44,307 nt of DNA, from contig MU271562.1 of assembly GCA_021432655.1 (NCBI GenBank), positions 1-44,307 of the forward strand, read 5' to 3'. Position numbers and translations under genes: made by a program. Positions 1 through 12,552 of this stretch are shown here, piece after piece (within the stretch, counting starts at the first letter, position 1; the number at the start of each line of letters is the position of its first letter). Source of the DNA: Atractiella rhizophila. Lineage: Eukaryota. The notes under the pieces are model-generated. The model was not told the DNA's origin. It saw only the letters and a program-made list of their open reading frames with translations, and made no database searches.

Positions 1-64
1 TCCTTTATCCGTGTCCAAGTTCTCACACAGGAAACCTTCCCTGCTCGCTAAAAGCCTGCTTTAA

Positions 65-424
65 TCCTGTTCTTCTTCATTTATCACAAAAGGCAGAAAA
101 AATTTGTCGGTGCTATTGTATTCATTGGCGGATTACAAGGTATTAGCACCTGATATCGTTTCATTGACTCATCCTGCTTAATTCCTCTCTGCATATCCAT
201 GCCTCCGAATCAATTTCATTTGTGTTCGTTCCAGGGGGATGGACTTCTTTGTTCCTGTTCTTCTTTTTATGTGACAAAAAAAAAGAAAAATGTTTGTCTG
301 TGCTCTATTACTTGCCTTGATAGTTTTACAAGGTATTAGTGTCCAGTTTTGTTTCACCTACCCTAATCAATCCTCCTCTACAGTTTCAAGCTTCTCATTC
401 CATTACACTCGTGTTCGTTCCAGG
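65..424. repeat. Diverged tandem duplication, two units of about 189 bp
   Basis: TCCTGTTCTTCTT at 65 and 253, TTACAAGGTATTAG at 133 and 326, GTGTTCGTTCCAGG at 222 and 411 (offsets 188-193). Confidence 0.8.
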
Positions 425-668
425 TTAAAGGACACTTTTTTTGTCGAATGCTGTTGTTGATGTAATCGTGCTCAAGTTCCCAAGTCTTTCTTCACATTGT
501 AGACAATGGCAAGGAGTGAGGCTTCAGTACTTTGCATGTTTCCTTTCGTTCTACCCTCCTTATAATCACGATACACTTTCGTAATAATGATTAAACCCCT
601 AACTATAATCACTGTCTACTGAGTAACTACTGACCATCTTCCTTCGTAGAGACCTTTTCGTGAATGTA

Positions 669-3277
669 TTATTCACGGTAAGTCTTGGTCCTATTCAGTC
701 CCGCTCGCGCACCAGCCAGAAGCCTTTCTAGCTCTGACATTGAAACTTGCGACAACTCTTCTACACCTCTTGGGTCGTGAGGGAAAAGCGGCACATTCCC
801 GGTTGTAAAGAGGAAGGAATCTGGATCTGATGATTCTGGCGTATGGGAAGTCAATTCAGCCATTTCTCTGTCGCCGTCACATTAGCGTTGAACAGAGTAT
901 GAGAAGGTAAACAACGAACCGGTGGATGATGTTCCGGCAGAAATAATCTGTCATGGCGTTAGTTCACAGAGGAAACTGAAAGCCTGACTTGCCTAAATTC
1001 AAGTCGTTCAGGTCGTATCCGAAGCTGTGGTAACTGTGAACGATGGTGACATGGCAGTATGAGAACATACGGATTCTCTTTGAGATAAGGCGATGAGTTA
1101 GCGAGGAATACGGAGCAGGAAACATGCGCACCAATCTCCTGTCCTATGGACAGCAAGCCAAGAAAGATGAACGCAGCAATGGCAACTGCCTGTGGCGACG
1201 GATTGCCAATGATTAACAAGCGAAGAAAAGAAAGCTGAAGTGACAGACAGGAATTGTGACCCATCCCAATGTCGGCTGTAGCTGCCACGGCAACGCGAAT
1301 AGATAAACCCAAACCTTCGACTCTGTGAGCTTCATGAAAGTATGACGTCGAAACTCACGGTGTGTTTGAGGTGAATCTGGTAGCCAAACGGAATTGGTGT
1401 TGTAAGGATCCTCTCGAGAGAAACTCGGGTCTCGTTCAGCGTAGGAGAATAGTTGAGGTGGGTACATACCTAAAGAACTGGACAAGCCTTGAATCCCCAG
1501 TAGAAGTGCGTTTGTAGTTGGGACATCGATGATTTTCCTTTACGCCATTAAAAATGTGCTGCAAGACCTAAACAGCACCGACCTTCGTTGAAGGGAAGAT
1601 GTGTACCCACTCATCAGCATGATGAGTTCCAATGGTAGATTTTCCTAACCCTCATCTCAGTGGCATAGTTCTCCTGATGAAATCGCGTACGTTCTCGAGT
1701 GCAGGCCGTTTCCTCCCCTTCCGCATGTTATTGCTCTTCCTGCGTTCCAGCTCCTTTCTCCTAGCTCGTTTCGAAACGTATTTCAACATCGACCTACTTA
1801 TATCGTCATTGTCAGCTCAGGGGATGTTGGACAGCATACCTGATGGGAATGAGAAACGTGAATAAGTCATCGATGATATTCCATGGTGGCGGATTTCGAG
1901 ATGGCTTCAGTGGAATAGGAGGATGGGGGATTCCAGAGTGCTGAAGCGGTGCTGAGAGTGTTTCCATCCTCACGGGATGGGAATTGGGCTTTATGACTGT
2001 CAAAACAAATTAGTTCCTCACAATTGGCCACATAAAGTTGTACAAGACTGATTCAATGCGGATTTGCTGTCTGCAAAACTGACGCTCGCGCTCGTGCTCC
2101 CAAGCGTCCCCATCAGAGTTGACGGTCTCCTCTGACTGGTGTTCGACAGATCGCTAGGACGAGGGGCGAGTCGCTCTGAATTATCCTCGTGGGGTTCTGT
2201 CGATAACATTTCCGTGTCGGAAATGATAGCAGACGGGAGGTGATACTGGTTGGGTGGTAATGAGTACAGAGACTGGGAGCGAATCGAGACGCAAACCTTT
2301 GGCAGGTACGCAACCAACGGCCAAAGATCTTGGTAAAAAACACCGTCCTATGCTAGGTTTCAGCAAAGACGTCGCTGACGGCGGAACCATTCACTTCACC
2401 CCTGAAGCGAGGTCACCTTCAGTTTTCGCCAGGAGAAAATGCATACCGGAGGTAATGTTTCACACTTATGGCGAAGGCTTCAATGATGTTGATCATAGCT
2501 TCGGAGCACGTTCTTATCTCACATATAAGCAAGTCAAATTAATAGCTCACTTTTCTTTTCTAGCGTTGCCTTGACTTTCTCCTCTTCCGGGATGTTTGCA
2601 GGACTGCCAATCACTGAGTATCGTTCTAGCATTGAGATGAGGCAAGAGCATACTCCTCAGGAACCTTCATATAGCTTGGTACACTATCACAAGGGTCAGC
2701 TTTAGATTCGGAAGGAGTGTATGATAAGTACTGTAGCCATATCATCCTTGCCAGTGTTCGTGAATTGAGGATTATTTCTGACCACATCCGTCGGCCTTCC
2801 CAATATCGGTCGTATGCGCTATCGCAAATTTATCACACTGGCCGAGCTGAGGAAGAGAAATCACACCTCGAGGTGCGATAAGAAATGACAAATCCAATTG
2901 TTGTCCCCAGGACGGTTCTATGCTGTATATCAATATCGCGATCACAGATTTCATGACGCACAGCATGGTGCTTGATATTCCTAAGTTGACACTGGAGTCC
3001 AGCCTGTCAATGAGGACAATAGCAGTTGCAAGACCGGTGAAGAAGAGGACGGAGAGCCAGATACTCCTCAAAGCAGACTATCACAATGATAACATTGAGT
3101 GAGGGGATGAGGACGGAAAGGGAGCATACGGCAGTGAAATTTAGCCAGATGGATTGATGTTTGAAGGGATCATGAGCTAAAAGGGGTAATGAACCTCAAA
3201 CGTGCGTTGGGAGGACAAGAGCAAAGAAGCAAACCGATGGGCTCATAATCCACCTGGATATCACCAAACTTGGTCAT
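669..3277 (-). CDS. Bestrophin-like UPF0187 (YneE/VCCN-type) anion channel, multi-exon
   Basis: Manual splicing gives MTKFGDIQVDYEPIAHDPFKHQSIWLNFTASALRSIWLSVLFF..., TVLGTTIGFVISYRTSSAYDRYWEGRRMWSEIILNSRTLARMIW, ENLPLELIMLMSGYTSSLQRRKIIDVPTTNALL, LERILTTPIPFGYQIHLKHTVWVYLFALPWQL, FLGLLSIGQEIENPFGYDLNDLNLDYFC. These are the hallmark UPF0187 motifs. The central exons (about 1.9-2.7 kb) were not fully resolved. Confidence 0.92.
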
Positions 3278-3859
3278 GAGTTGAGTACGAGCCCTGTTGT
3301 TTCTAGCTCTCAGTCCTCCACACCTGAATCGAGCGAAATGTTTATGAGACTACACCGTTAATAACACACTACAACTGACTACGTGTGATTGTCATTGTCT
3401 AATTCGATAAAATGCGGCTGCATTGTGCCTCTGGTTTGGTTGGTGGCCGCAGTCATGCGGTTGAAGCTGGAAGACCTGAAGACGTGTATTTCACAGTGAG
3501 TCAAAGACTCTAGAGAGTACCGACAGAGTCGCGGTAATCAAGGACAGAAGTTACGGTTCCTCTAGGATCGCAGCTTCGATCCCGTTGACTCCGATAGATC
3601 CCGAGAACAAATGATTCTTGAATGCCTCAACGTATTCAGGGTTAAAATCATATCCATACGCCCCTGAGAGCCTCAATCCCACTATGGAAGCTCAGATTGT
3701 CCTTTGTCATATCGTCTATCGCCTTGATTTGGATCAACGGGTACAAGCTGCCGTCGACGAATGGTTCAGCTGACCACACACAAAATCCAGTCGTTTGACG
3801 AAAGCTTTCAGGCTATATCGGACAGCGGTCTTTCCCTCGTCAGATGCAAACCCATGGTG

Positions 3860-4294
3860 ATGGAGGTCGCTACGGGGGGCATCTTTGAGCTTTGGACGGC
3901 TACATGCGAGTCGGCGTCAAATACTTTCAGGAGAAGAGACAAGACCATTTTGTACGCGAAGGCACGGCATATCGCCTTCTGGAGCGCCATCAGGGAGTCG
4001 TCGTGCCAAAGATATACGGCATTCACACGTACGGTGAAGGTAGGGGATTGATTGTGATGGAGCTTTTGGAAGGGGCATCGAAAGACGCGGACGTGAAGGA
4101 TGTTGCTCTGCAAAGGAGGTTCGTGCCGAAAGCCCTTCCAAACGTGGAAAAATGAATTTGCCATAGGTTTGGTCTTGACACCACGATCAAAGAAGCCACG
4201 TCTGCGGTGTCTTCATCCCGAACATCGAACTACGAAATGTGTATCTGGGAGGGTCAAAAGCTACGCATACGATTTCTCTCATTCCTCAATGTAG
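3860..4294 (+). pseudogene. Degenerate protein-kinase-like gene, copy A
   Basis: VGVKYFQE...REGTAYRLLERHQGVVVPKIYG...LIVMELLEG matches subdomains II-V. Downstream are IELRNV (catalytic loop) and YDFSHS (DF) in shifted frames, and there is an in-frame stop just upstream of 3892. Confidence 0.7.
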
Positions 4295-5109
4295 TAACTG
4301 CACCGGCAATGGGAAGAGGAAATTATAATTGGTGACTCTACTGGAGCTGAAGAAAACCGAAAAGAATGAGTGTTTGTAAGATATTGGTCACAACGAACTA
4401 GTCTTCCCCAACGGGCGGCACAAGCCTCTTCGAATTCCGACTTCAGTGACCTGTGATTATCTAGGGATCACCACGCCATCGTTCAACCTTGTGGGTGTCA
4501 CATTCAGATCAGGACCCTTTATGCCATAAACTAAGCCCCTGGCAAGAATTCTACATATCCACAAAAGAAAGTAAAGCAATTGTGGACTTCTATTAGCCAT
4601 TGAAGGGACATGATATATTGTTCAACTTTCTTTACCCCCTGTAGCTTGAAAGGAAAACAATGTCGCTTTCAGTCCTTCTAAGTGAAGAAGGTGGAAGTCG
4701 ATTTTTACTGTACTACTGTGATCAACTCGCACTATCCACCGTTGCACCAACACGCCAACTTTCTCGCAAATATGCCTCCAAACGGGAAACAAACAAATGA
4801 GGAGTCAATTTCAAATCCGATTCCTTGCCTCAATCTCGAAGAAACTTTGTCTTTGCACTGTCACCTTCCCCATTTACTGTTGCTCGCTAGGAACGCTGGC
4901 GTGGAGTTGCATACGGAGTGACACGGTAGGCAAACCTAAACTCAGGATGAACGAATGTTGAGATTAGTCGTAGCGAACCTCCTATACCTGTGTGACTATT
5001 GTCTATAAATTTGTAAATAGCAAACTAGCGACGCTTCGTCTTGAAATACCGTTGTTGTCATTGCCCAGTTTCACCTGCCATTGCGCGTCGAAAATACAGC
5101 CAGCGTGTA

Positions 5110-5360
5110 AATCAAACGTCGACTGCATTTACATTGTTAACTACAATTACATATCAGCGCAACACCATATCGTTGTATCGAATCCAAGGTTTCCAACGAA
5201 GAGAGTAGGTGAGGGATCATTCGTGGGTGGATCCCACTTTTACTTATTCCCTTCCGCAGTTCGAGGCGTATCCAGTTTCACAGCTCCCTTCTTCGGATCG
5301 GGACGGCCTTCAAAGTTTCTCAGTATCTTTGACGAAGCGTCGTCGATCTGGGAATGTGCA
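5110..5360 (-). pseudogene. Internal fragment of the NOP13-like RRM gene
   Basis: NFEGRPDPKKGAVK..PRTAEGNK and the LFVGNLGF-coding DNA (CCAAGGTTTCCAACGAAGAG) match 13132-13405. The fragment is frameshifted and retains intron sequence. Confidence 0.85.
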
Positions 5361-6686
5361 AGAGGTTTGATTTCAATGGCCGTGGTGAAGAGGGAAAAGG
5401 GAGAAGTGGAATAGAGTTGGCGCAAGTCACGTGAAATGGCTCATTGCACATACCGGGGAATATCAGATGAAGTTGGGCTGAAGGAGTTGTATTCTAATTG
5501 GAAGGGAGTCTTGCATTGATAGATGATACGGGATTATTACATTTGGTTGGTTGAAGGTGTGTCACTGTGTGATAAGAAATATGTGTTGAGTTGCCGCTAG
5601 GTTCAGTGAGGTTCAGGCATCCTGATTGGATGTGTCAGATGTATTATTTGATTGCGTCGTCTGGAAGACCCGGAGCAAAATAGACCATATAACAGCCACT
5701 CTTCCTGAGCTCGAATATCGTTTATTTTCAACTCAATCCGAGTCTACGTCGAATGTCACGATATTCGCCTACTTTCCTATCTGTCGATGTCTATCGTTTG
5801 AGAATTCCGTTACACAACTCTGTCGCTGTTGTATGAGGAAGAGCGGAGCTGCGGAACAATATTGACTGGTGACAAGAGAGAAAATCCTCAAACTCCAGAT
5901 TAGCTCCCTTACAGGCCGTCCCCCTTGGTCCCCAAAACCTCAACCATGCTTGTTACCCACTCTGCTGGCTGCGGTACGGACGTGGGAGTGATCCCAATCA
6001 GGACCGTTGCGGTTTGAGGCTTCAGAATCGCAGTCGGAGTGGAACCCTGAATATCTGCTGTTGCTGAAGTTGAGACAACCTTAACAAACGAAATACTAGC
6101 CACCGTTCTATATACTCCGCGCTCGAAAGTTTGGTGTCGTAACTAGTCGAAATCTCCTGTTTCGCTCGGGTGTGGGCAATGTTCGATCTCAGGGCGGATG
6201 AATGTGGGGAAGAAGATAGTCCAGACCATGCCAACGTTTGATGCTCTTTCCGTTCTCCAACTATAAACCCTAGGCCATCCGAAGACAGGATCCAAATACA
6301 ATGTTCGCAAGGTTGCTACTTGCACAGATCAGGCAGCCATTATCAAAGCATCCTGTTTACCGCCACACTCAACGAACCATACTTCGATCACTTGTATTGT
6401 GTAACCCTATCCAAAGCCTAGGCAAATTTGTGAAGGCAAGTCTCATGTTTCGGATGGCAGCCAGCGTTGTGGAACTGTTACGCGTCTCTGGGCTGCTTGA
6501 ATGAAAATATAAATTCCTCGTCCCCTCCCCCCCGTCACGTCCCTAGCTCAAGACTTTCCTTGAATCATGCAGCAGCCTCCTCCATTCTCTTATTATTTTG
6601 CTAATACGTCTGCGACGCTTGACGGCGCGCAGTCAGAGACAATTGCGGCTCGGATTCGTGCACCCTCCGTTCACGCAAACCTTGTT

Positions 6687-7438
6687 ATGCTTTATCAAGG
6701 TATGTGTTCGCCCTCATAAATATGGAAGTATTCATGCTGATGTGGTAAACGACTACCCATGAAGACCATCCCGATCAAACCGGTTGTTATTCTTCACCGG
6801 TGACGGGTACGAGTTCTTCAGATACTGTACTCAATTCCCTCAAGTCTCTACTAGATAATAAGGGCCCTGTCGCTGGAGTCAGCCCTTCCGATCGGTTCTC
6901 AATTTTTTCTGCAGTTGGTGGAAGCAGTTGTCAAACCTCGCACACTCTCCCTCATGATAGTGAGACCTCCCCTTAGAGAAGGACGAGGCTAACATTGTAG
7001 ATAGGTCTATCTGCCCATTCGCACCATGGTCCTTCCATTCAATCAATTCAACCAACTCATCGTCAGCAACAAGTAATCAATATCCATACAGTTGGGGAGC
7101 CCCCATATATTCCGTTTGAAGCAACGAGTCCTTCAACGAGCCCGGGCTTGTCTCCTATACTGTATTCGACTCCTCCATCTCTCTCACCTGCATTTGACGC
7201 AGCCACCCGACCAACACAGCTAACTCTCCCTCGTGGCATCCTCAGTATACAACCCATGAAAAAGGATCTGATGGTCACCTACGACATCAAAAGGAGGAAG
7301 TTTGTTGATAGTAGTAACCTAGGCAGGTTGACTCCAACCAGCACGATAACAATTAAGTTCTCCTCACATTTGTACGCGGATGTCTTCCTCAACGGAAGGC
7401 CTTGTACACCGTCGAATAATATGAATAGTGAGTGCTAG
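6687..7438 (+). CDS. Possible multi-exon hypothetical protein, Ser/Pro/Thr-rich
   Basis: ATG followed by several short GT...AG introns (GTATGT at about 6700; GTGAG...CTAAC...TAG at about 6960-7004) leading into the open frame that includes ORF 7148-7438. No recognisable domain, and the 3' end is uncertain. Confidence 0.3.
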
Positions 7439-8730
7439 CCACTGCGATGTTCTCAATTCACTGTTTGTGGCAGTCTGGTTCAAAGGGCAGCTATTACAGA
7501 TTGGTAATGATGACATATACAAAGCCTCGTCGTGCTGCTGATGTGACCAACAGGCAACTGCCAACATGCCATGGCCTTCAAATTTTTCAATGTCGCCAAT
7601 GCAGATCCATTCAAGCGTCCTACCGTTTCCATGTACGCTTTGCTTCCTACCTCTGAGTAGAAGTAGTTCATCGTGTTACAGGCAACATTTGATCAGCACA
7701 AGATGCGACGCGCGCGAAACTTATCCCGAATTAGTCCAGTTTTGCGAGTTGCGCCTTCGACAGATACGAAGATAACATATCTTTAGCGACTCCTTTCCAT
7801 GCACACGGACGACCTTTAGTAACAAGTATAAATGTGCTTCCATAGCTGTTTCTTAATATCCTCTTCCTTAATGCCAGACCAAAAAAGTTTGTACGTGCAC
7901 TAATAATCGCACCCATTTACCACTTATTAGTGGCTTATTTTGTTTGATTTCTGACGCATTGCCGTTTTCACAGTTAATTTTCCTTCTTATTGATAGGCTC
8001 TCCATTTAATTTTCTTTTCATCTATGTCGACAGGAACGGGTTAGTCTTTCACACTTTTCTTAGATCTGACGTTCAAGTATTCGTGCGCAAGTTCCCAAGT
8101 CCATCTTACAATTCACGACTTCGACTTCAGTCCTTTGCATGCATGATCTCTTCTTATACCTGTGCGCTTACACTGCACCTTGACTGCACTAATATCGTTC
8201 ACTATAATGTTCTTCTTCATTCTGCTGCATGTATACTCTTCCGGAAAGATGCATGCAAGTTCACGCGCTTTCTCTCACTCTAACTCGCAGCATTCATATT
8301 TGCAATATTTATGAACTCTGCCGCTGAATCATAGGATAAGTTTAGAAGAAGAACAAGATGGGAAAAGAATCCAGTGGATGCAGGGATGAGCAGTTGCTGG
8401 TTACTGAGGACCACATATTCCTGTCTAACTCGTAGGGCCCTTTCATCTTGTGATATTGAATATAGCTTGGGTGCTTATTAACTTACGATAGTAGCAATGG
8501 GCTAAGGCAAACCAATGTTTGCCAGTAATTCTTCAACTTGAAGTTAGCAGTAAATAAAGAGGCGGATTATTTGCAATAATCAAAAAAGCCCCAGCTTAAC
8601 AAATGCTTCGAACCAATCAGCGCCTTTTTCGAGTTCTAGGTAACCTCTAACTATGTCATCTTAACCCTTGAAACTGAAGGACTCTCTGAAGTGTTTGGAG
8701 CTTGTTGGAACAGTTCATGTCCCGAATTTA

Positions 8731-9878
8731 TGATTCGCGGTATGTCTTCGTCCTGTTCAATCCAGCTCGCCCACCGGCGAGAAGCATTTGCAGCTCCGAC
8801 ATTGATATGTACGACAGCTCTTCGACACACCTCGGGTCGTGAGGGAAGAGTGGGACATTCCTAGCTGTGAAGAGGGAAGAATCAGCATCAGATGATTGGA
8901 AGTCAATTCAGCCATTTCTCTGTGGCCACCGTTAGCGGTTTGGCGAACCCAACAGAAGCTATGAGGGGACGAACCGGTGGATTATGTTCCGGCAGAGGTA
9001 ATCTATCATGAAGTTAGTTAGCAGAGGATACTGAAGAATGATTTACCTCAGTTCAAGTCGTTCAGATCGTATCCGAAGCTGTGTTCATTGTGAATGATAT
9101 GCACACAGCAGTCGAAGGGCCGACCCGTTTTCTTTGAAGTCATGGTCCATTAGCTATGAATATGTAGCGAGAAGAATCGTACCAATCTATTGTCCTATCA
9201 ACAGCAATCCAAGAAAGATGAAAGCAACAATCGCGACAGCCTATAAAGACACCAATAATTAACAGGTAAAGCAGGGAAAGCTACAGTGACAGACAGGAAT
9301 CGCGACCCATCCTAATGTAGGCTGAAGCTGCTAGGGCAATGTGAACAGGTAAGCCCAAACCTTAGACCCTGTGAGCTTTAAAAAGCTGTAATGTCGATAC
9401 TTACGGTGGGCTTTTGGTGAATCTGGTAGCCAAACGGAATTGGTGTCGTAAGGGTTCTCTCAATGGAAACTCGAGTCTGGTTCAGCTTAGGAGAATAATT
9501 GAGCCAGGTGCATACCTAAAGCACTCGACAAGCCTTGGATCCCAAGTAGAAGAGCATTTGTAGTTGGGACATTGATGATTTCCCTTTACGTCGTTCAAGA
9601 ATTGACGGGTTGATTACAGAGCATGCAACTTCGTTAAGGGGAAGATGCGTAGCCGCTCATCAGCATGATGAGTTCCAAAGGCAAATATTCTTACCCCTCA
9701 TCTCATTGGCATATTTTCCAGATGAAAGCGCGTACGTTCTCGAGTGCAGCCGTTTCCGCCCCTTCCGCATATTATTGCTCTTCCTCCGCTCCAGCTCCTT
9801 CCTCCTAGCTCGTTTCGAAACGTATTTCAACATAGACCTACTCATATCGCCATTTATCAGCTCGGAGAATGTTGGACA
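8731..9878 (-). pseudogene. 5'-truncated bestrophin/UPF0187 pseudogene, copy B
   Basis: Aligns exon by exon with 669-1835 and lacks the N-terminal half. It has a 1-nt deletion (GTGCAGCCG vs GTGCAGGCCG, about 9749), a 10-nt deletion at about 8897, and ENPF changed to ENGF. Confidence 0.88.
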
Positions 9879-9929
9879 AGGCGCCTGGTGCTTACGCTAC
9901 CAAACTTGTCATTCCTTGGAGTGGGCTGG

Positions 9930-10374
9930 AACAATCTATGAGTGTTATATTGTCGATGGGGAAAGACGTTACATGCGAGTCCCTGTCAAATACTTTCAGG
10001 AGAAGAAACGAGACCATTTTGAACGCTACGCCACGGCATATCGCCTTCTGGAGGGCCACCAGGGAGACGTTGTTCCAAAGCTATAAGGCTACACGTACGG
10101 GGAAGGCACGGGATCGATTGTGATGGACTTTTGGAAGGGGCATCACGACATCCGGATGTGAAGGATGTTGCGCTGCAAAGGAGGTCCCTGCCCAAAGTCC
10201 TCCCAAACGTGGAAAAATGAATCAGCTAGATATCATAGGTTCGGTCTCGTAACCGCGATCCAAAAGTCACGCGTGCGATGTTCTTCATTCTTCATCGCGA
10301 CGTGGAACTACGAAATGTGGACCTGGGAGGGTCAAAAAGCTACGTATACGATTCTCTCGTTCCCCAACAAATGA
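9930..10374 (+). pseudogene. Degenerate protein-kinase-like gene, copy B
   Basis: YMRVPVKYFQEKKRDHFERYATAYRLLEGHQGDVVPKL* has a premature stop. Removing the TCTTCAT duplication at about 10282-10295 restores VLHRDVELRNV, a kinase catalytic loop. Confidence 0.75.
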
Positions 10375-11234
10375 AAATATCGTAACTGCACCAGCGAGGG
10401 GGCGAGAGAACATCAAATCAGTGACTCTGCAAGAATTGAAGAAAACCGAAAAGAATGAGTAGTTGCACGATATTGGTCACAACGACCTAGTCTTCCCTAG
10501 CACACGGCAGAAGATTCGATCCCCGGTTTTAAGCTCATGCCTCTTCGATTTCCCTCTTGAATGAACTGTGATTCGCTAGGGATCAACACGGCGCCGTTTC
10601 AACTTTGTTGCTGTCACCTTCAAATCAAGACCCTCTATGCCATAAACTCAGCCCCTGGCAAGAATTCTACATATCTACAAAAGAAAGCAAATCTATTGCG
10701 GGCTTCTATTACCGTTGAAGGGACGTGATATATTGTTCGACTTTCTTTAACCCTGTAGCTTGAAAGGGAAATAATGTCACTCTCAGCTCTCCCAAGTGAA
10801 GAAGATGGAAATCGATTTTCACTGCGCAGATCAAATCGCGCGAGCCAACGTTGCACCTGCATGCCAAATTTCTTGCAACAACGCCTCCAAACTGTACACA
10901 AACAAATGAGTAGTCAATTTCAAATCTAATTTCTTGTCCTTCACTCTCGAGAAACTTTTTTTCTTTGCACTCTGTCACCTTCCCCATTTACCCTTGCTCG
11001 CTGGAAACCCTGGCCCCAGTTGCATGCGGAGAGCACACATTAGGCAAACCCACTTGAGGAAGAGTGACCTTTGATATTAGTCGTAGCGAACTCCTACACC
11101 CTGTATGGCTACGGCTACTGCTGATGCGTGTCTATAGATTTGTCCGAATAGTAAATAGCAAACTAGTGACAGTTTGTCCCGAAATACCGTTGTTGTCATC
11201 TCTTGCTGTTGCGCGTCGGAATACAGCAAGCTTA

Positions 11235-11360
11235 GAGCCCGTTTGGCTGCCAATTCAGCCTGAATTCGAATTTTGTGAATTGCCTGAATTGGGAATCCAA
11301 TTCAAGCTGCTTCCTGAATTGAGAATTTGAATTCAAGCTGTTGCCAAACGCAATTCTGAT
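11235..11360 (+). mobile_element. PIF/Harbinger (Tourist-like) element end or relic MITE
   Basis: TTA followed by GAGCCCGTTTGGCTGC, an internal inverted copy GTTGCCAAACG at 11340-11350, and a dense TGAATTG/CAATTCA subterminal array. Similar to the TIR ending at 37165. Confidence 0.7.
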
Positions 11361-11395
11361 TTGGAAAATTTGCTTGCATTCGCTTGGCCGTGAGC

Positions 11396-12501
11396 ATGCC
11401 GCAACTGAGTCCTCACCCGCATTTTTTTGGTGTTTCAATACAATCCTGAATACTCTGACGTTGTCTTCACTTTTCCGAAAGATATCATGCGACCCCAAGG
11501 CAAAATTTATGCTACGAAAGCTTTCCTTCAAAAACGATCCAATTATTTCGTGACCAGTACTGTGTCCCCTTCAATTGCAGTGAGGGACATAACTGAAGTC
11601 AAGACTAGTGTTTCAATCGGATTTTACTGAAGGAACGGGAACCATCATCGAACCAACTGTGGTAGAGGTGAACGACACAAGCTACCGCACATTTAGCTCT
11701 ATGATTCGCTACATATACACAGAGTATGTTCTGGCTCTTCATCAGCAACCCCCAGCCCGATAACCCATCGCGTAGAAAAGTCAATTTCACGACAGTCTTC
11801 TCGCTTGAGCCTTACAGACATCCTCCGGATCAAGAGGAGCCTGTTGAAGACATCGACGAGCAGTATTTCATTGCCGCTTACGTGGACTGGCACACGAAAT
11901 CTGTTGGTGATAAAAAGGTTTGCGACCCTATGGAAATGTTTTTGCTGGCAGATAGTACGAGTTGTTTCTCACATGCGTTCGGCGTTCGAGGATGACAGAC
12001 AGAGTTATTTAGAGCTCCAAATGGAAGACCTGCGCTCCAGATCCCTGGATGCCGTGTCAAGGAATCTAACGGCGGTTGCTGCCTATGATTTGCTGTTTGG
12101 TGCCATCTCCATCCGCTTCAAGGAAGTACGCGACATCCTTTTTCGGCATGTAATAGCAAATTGGGTTTGTCACCGTCCTCTCCCCACACTCTGTGACTGA
12201 CAAGGAATAGTAGAAGGCTGTCACAGAGTCGCCCTCTTATTTATACCAGCAAATACTTCCACTTGCATCGATTTCGGGATGTTATCATCGCCTCTCGAGC
12301 AATATCTTGATCGATCGGCAAGAGCAGTTGAAAGAAGTAAAAAATATCAATGAACGACTCGTAGCGCATTGGGGAGAAACCATTCCACCAGGTAAAACGG
12401 TGAAGGTGAAATGCACGCATTGTGATATCAAACCTGCTGGCTGCAGCGAATGTCGCGGTTATTACAGCTCTTCAGCAAAGGTTGTACTCGTTGATGCTTG
12501 A
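11396..12501 (+). CDS. BTB/POZ-domain protein with a C-terminal CxxC...CxxC motif (5' end possibly frameshifted)
   Basis: YSDVVFTF...KIYATKAFLQKRSNYF, FQSDFTEG, VEVNDTSYRTFSSMIRYIYTE, PMEMFLLAD, FKEVRDILFRHVIANWKAVTESPSY are BTB and BACK-like patterns. The ATG at 11396 is one base out of frame across a T7 run (11422-11428). Confidence 0.72.
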
Positions 12502-12552
12502 CGAACTTGTCTGGTCTGTCAAGATGTAAATAATCATTAACGCGACCTCTAT

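Larger units (their letters stand above)
669..5360. repeat. Segmental duplication, copy A (paralogous to 8731-13410)
   Basis: Colinear nucleotide similarity: about 669-1835 with 8731-9878, about 3890-5100 with 9960-11227, about 5110-5360 with 13132-13405. Confidence 0.9.
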
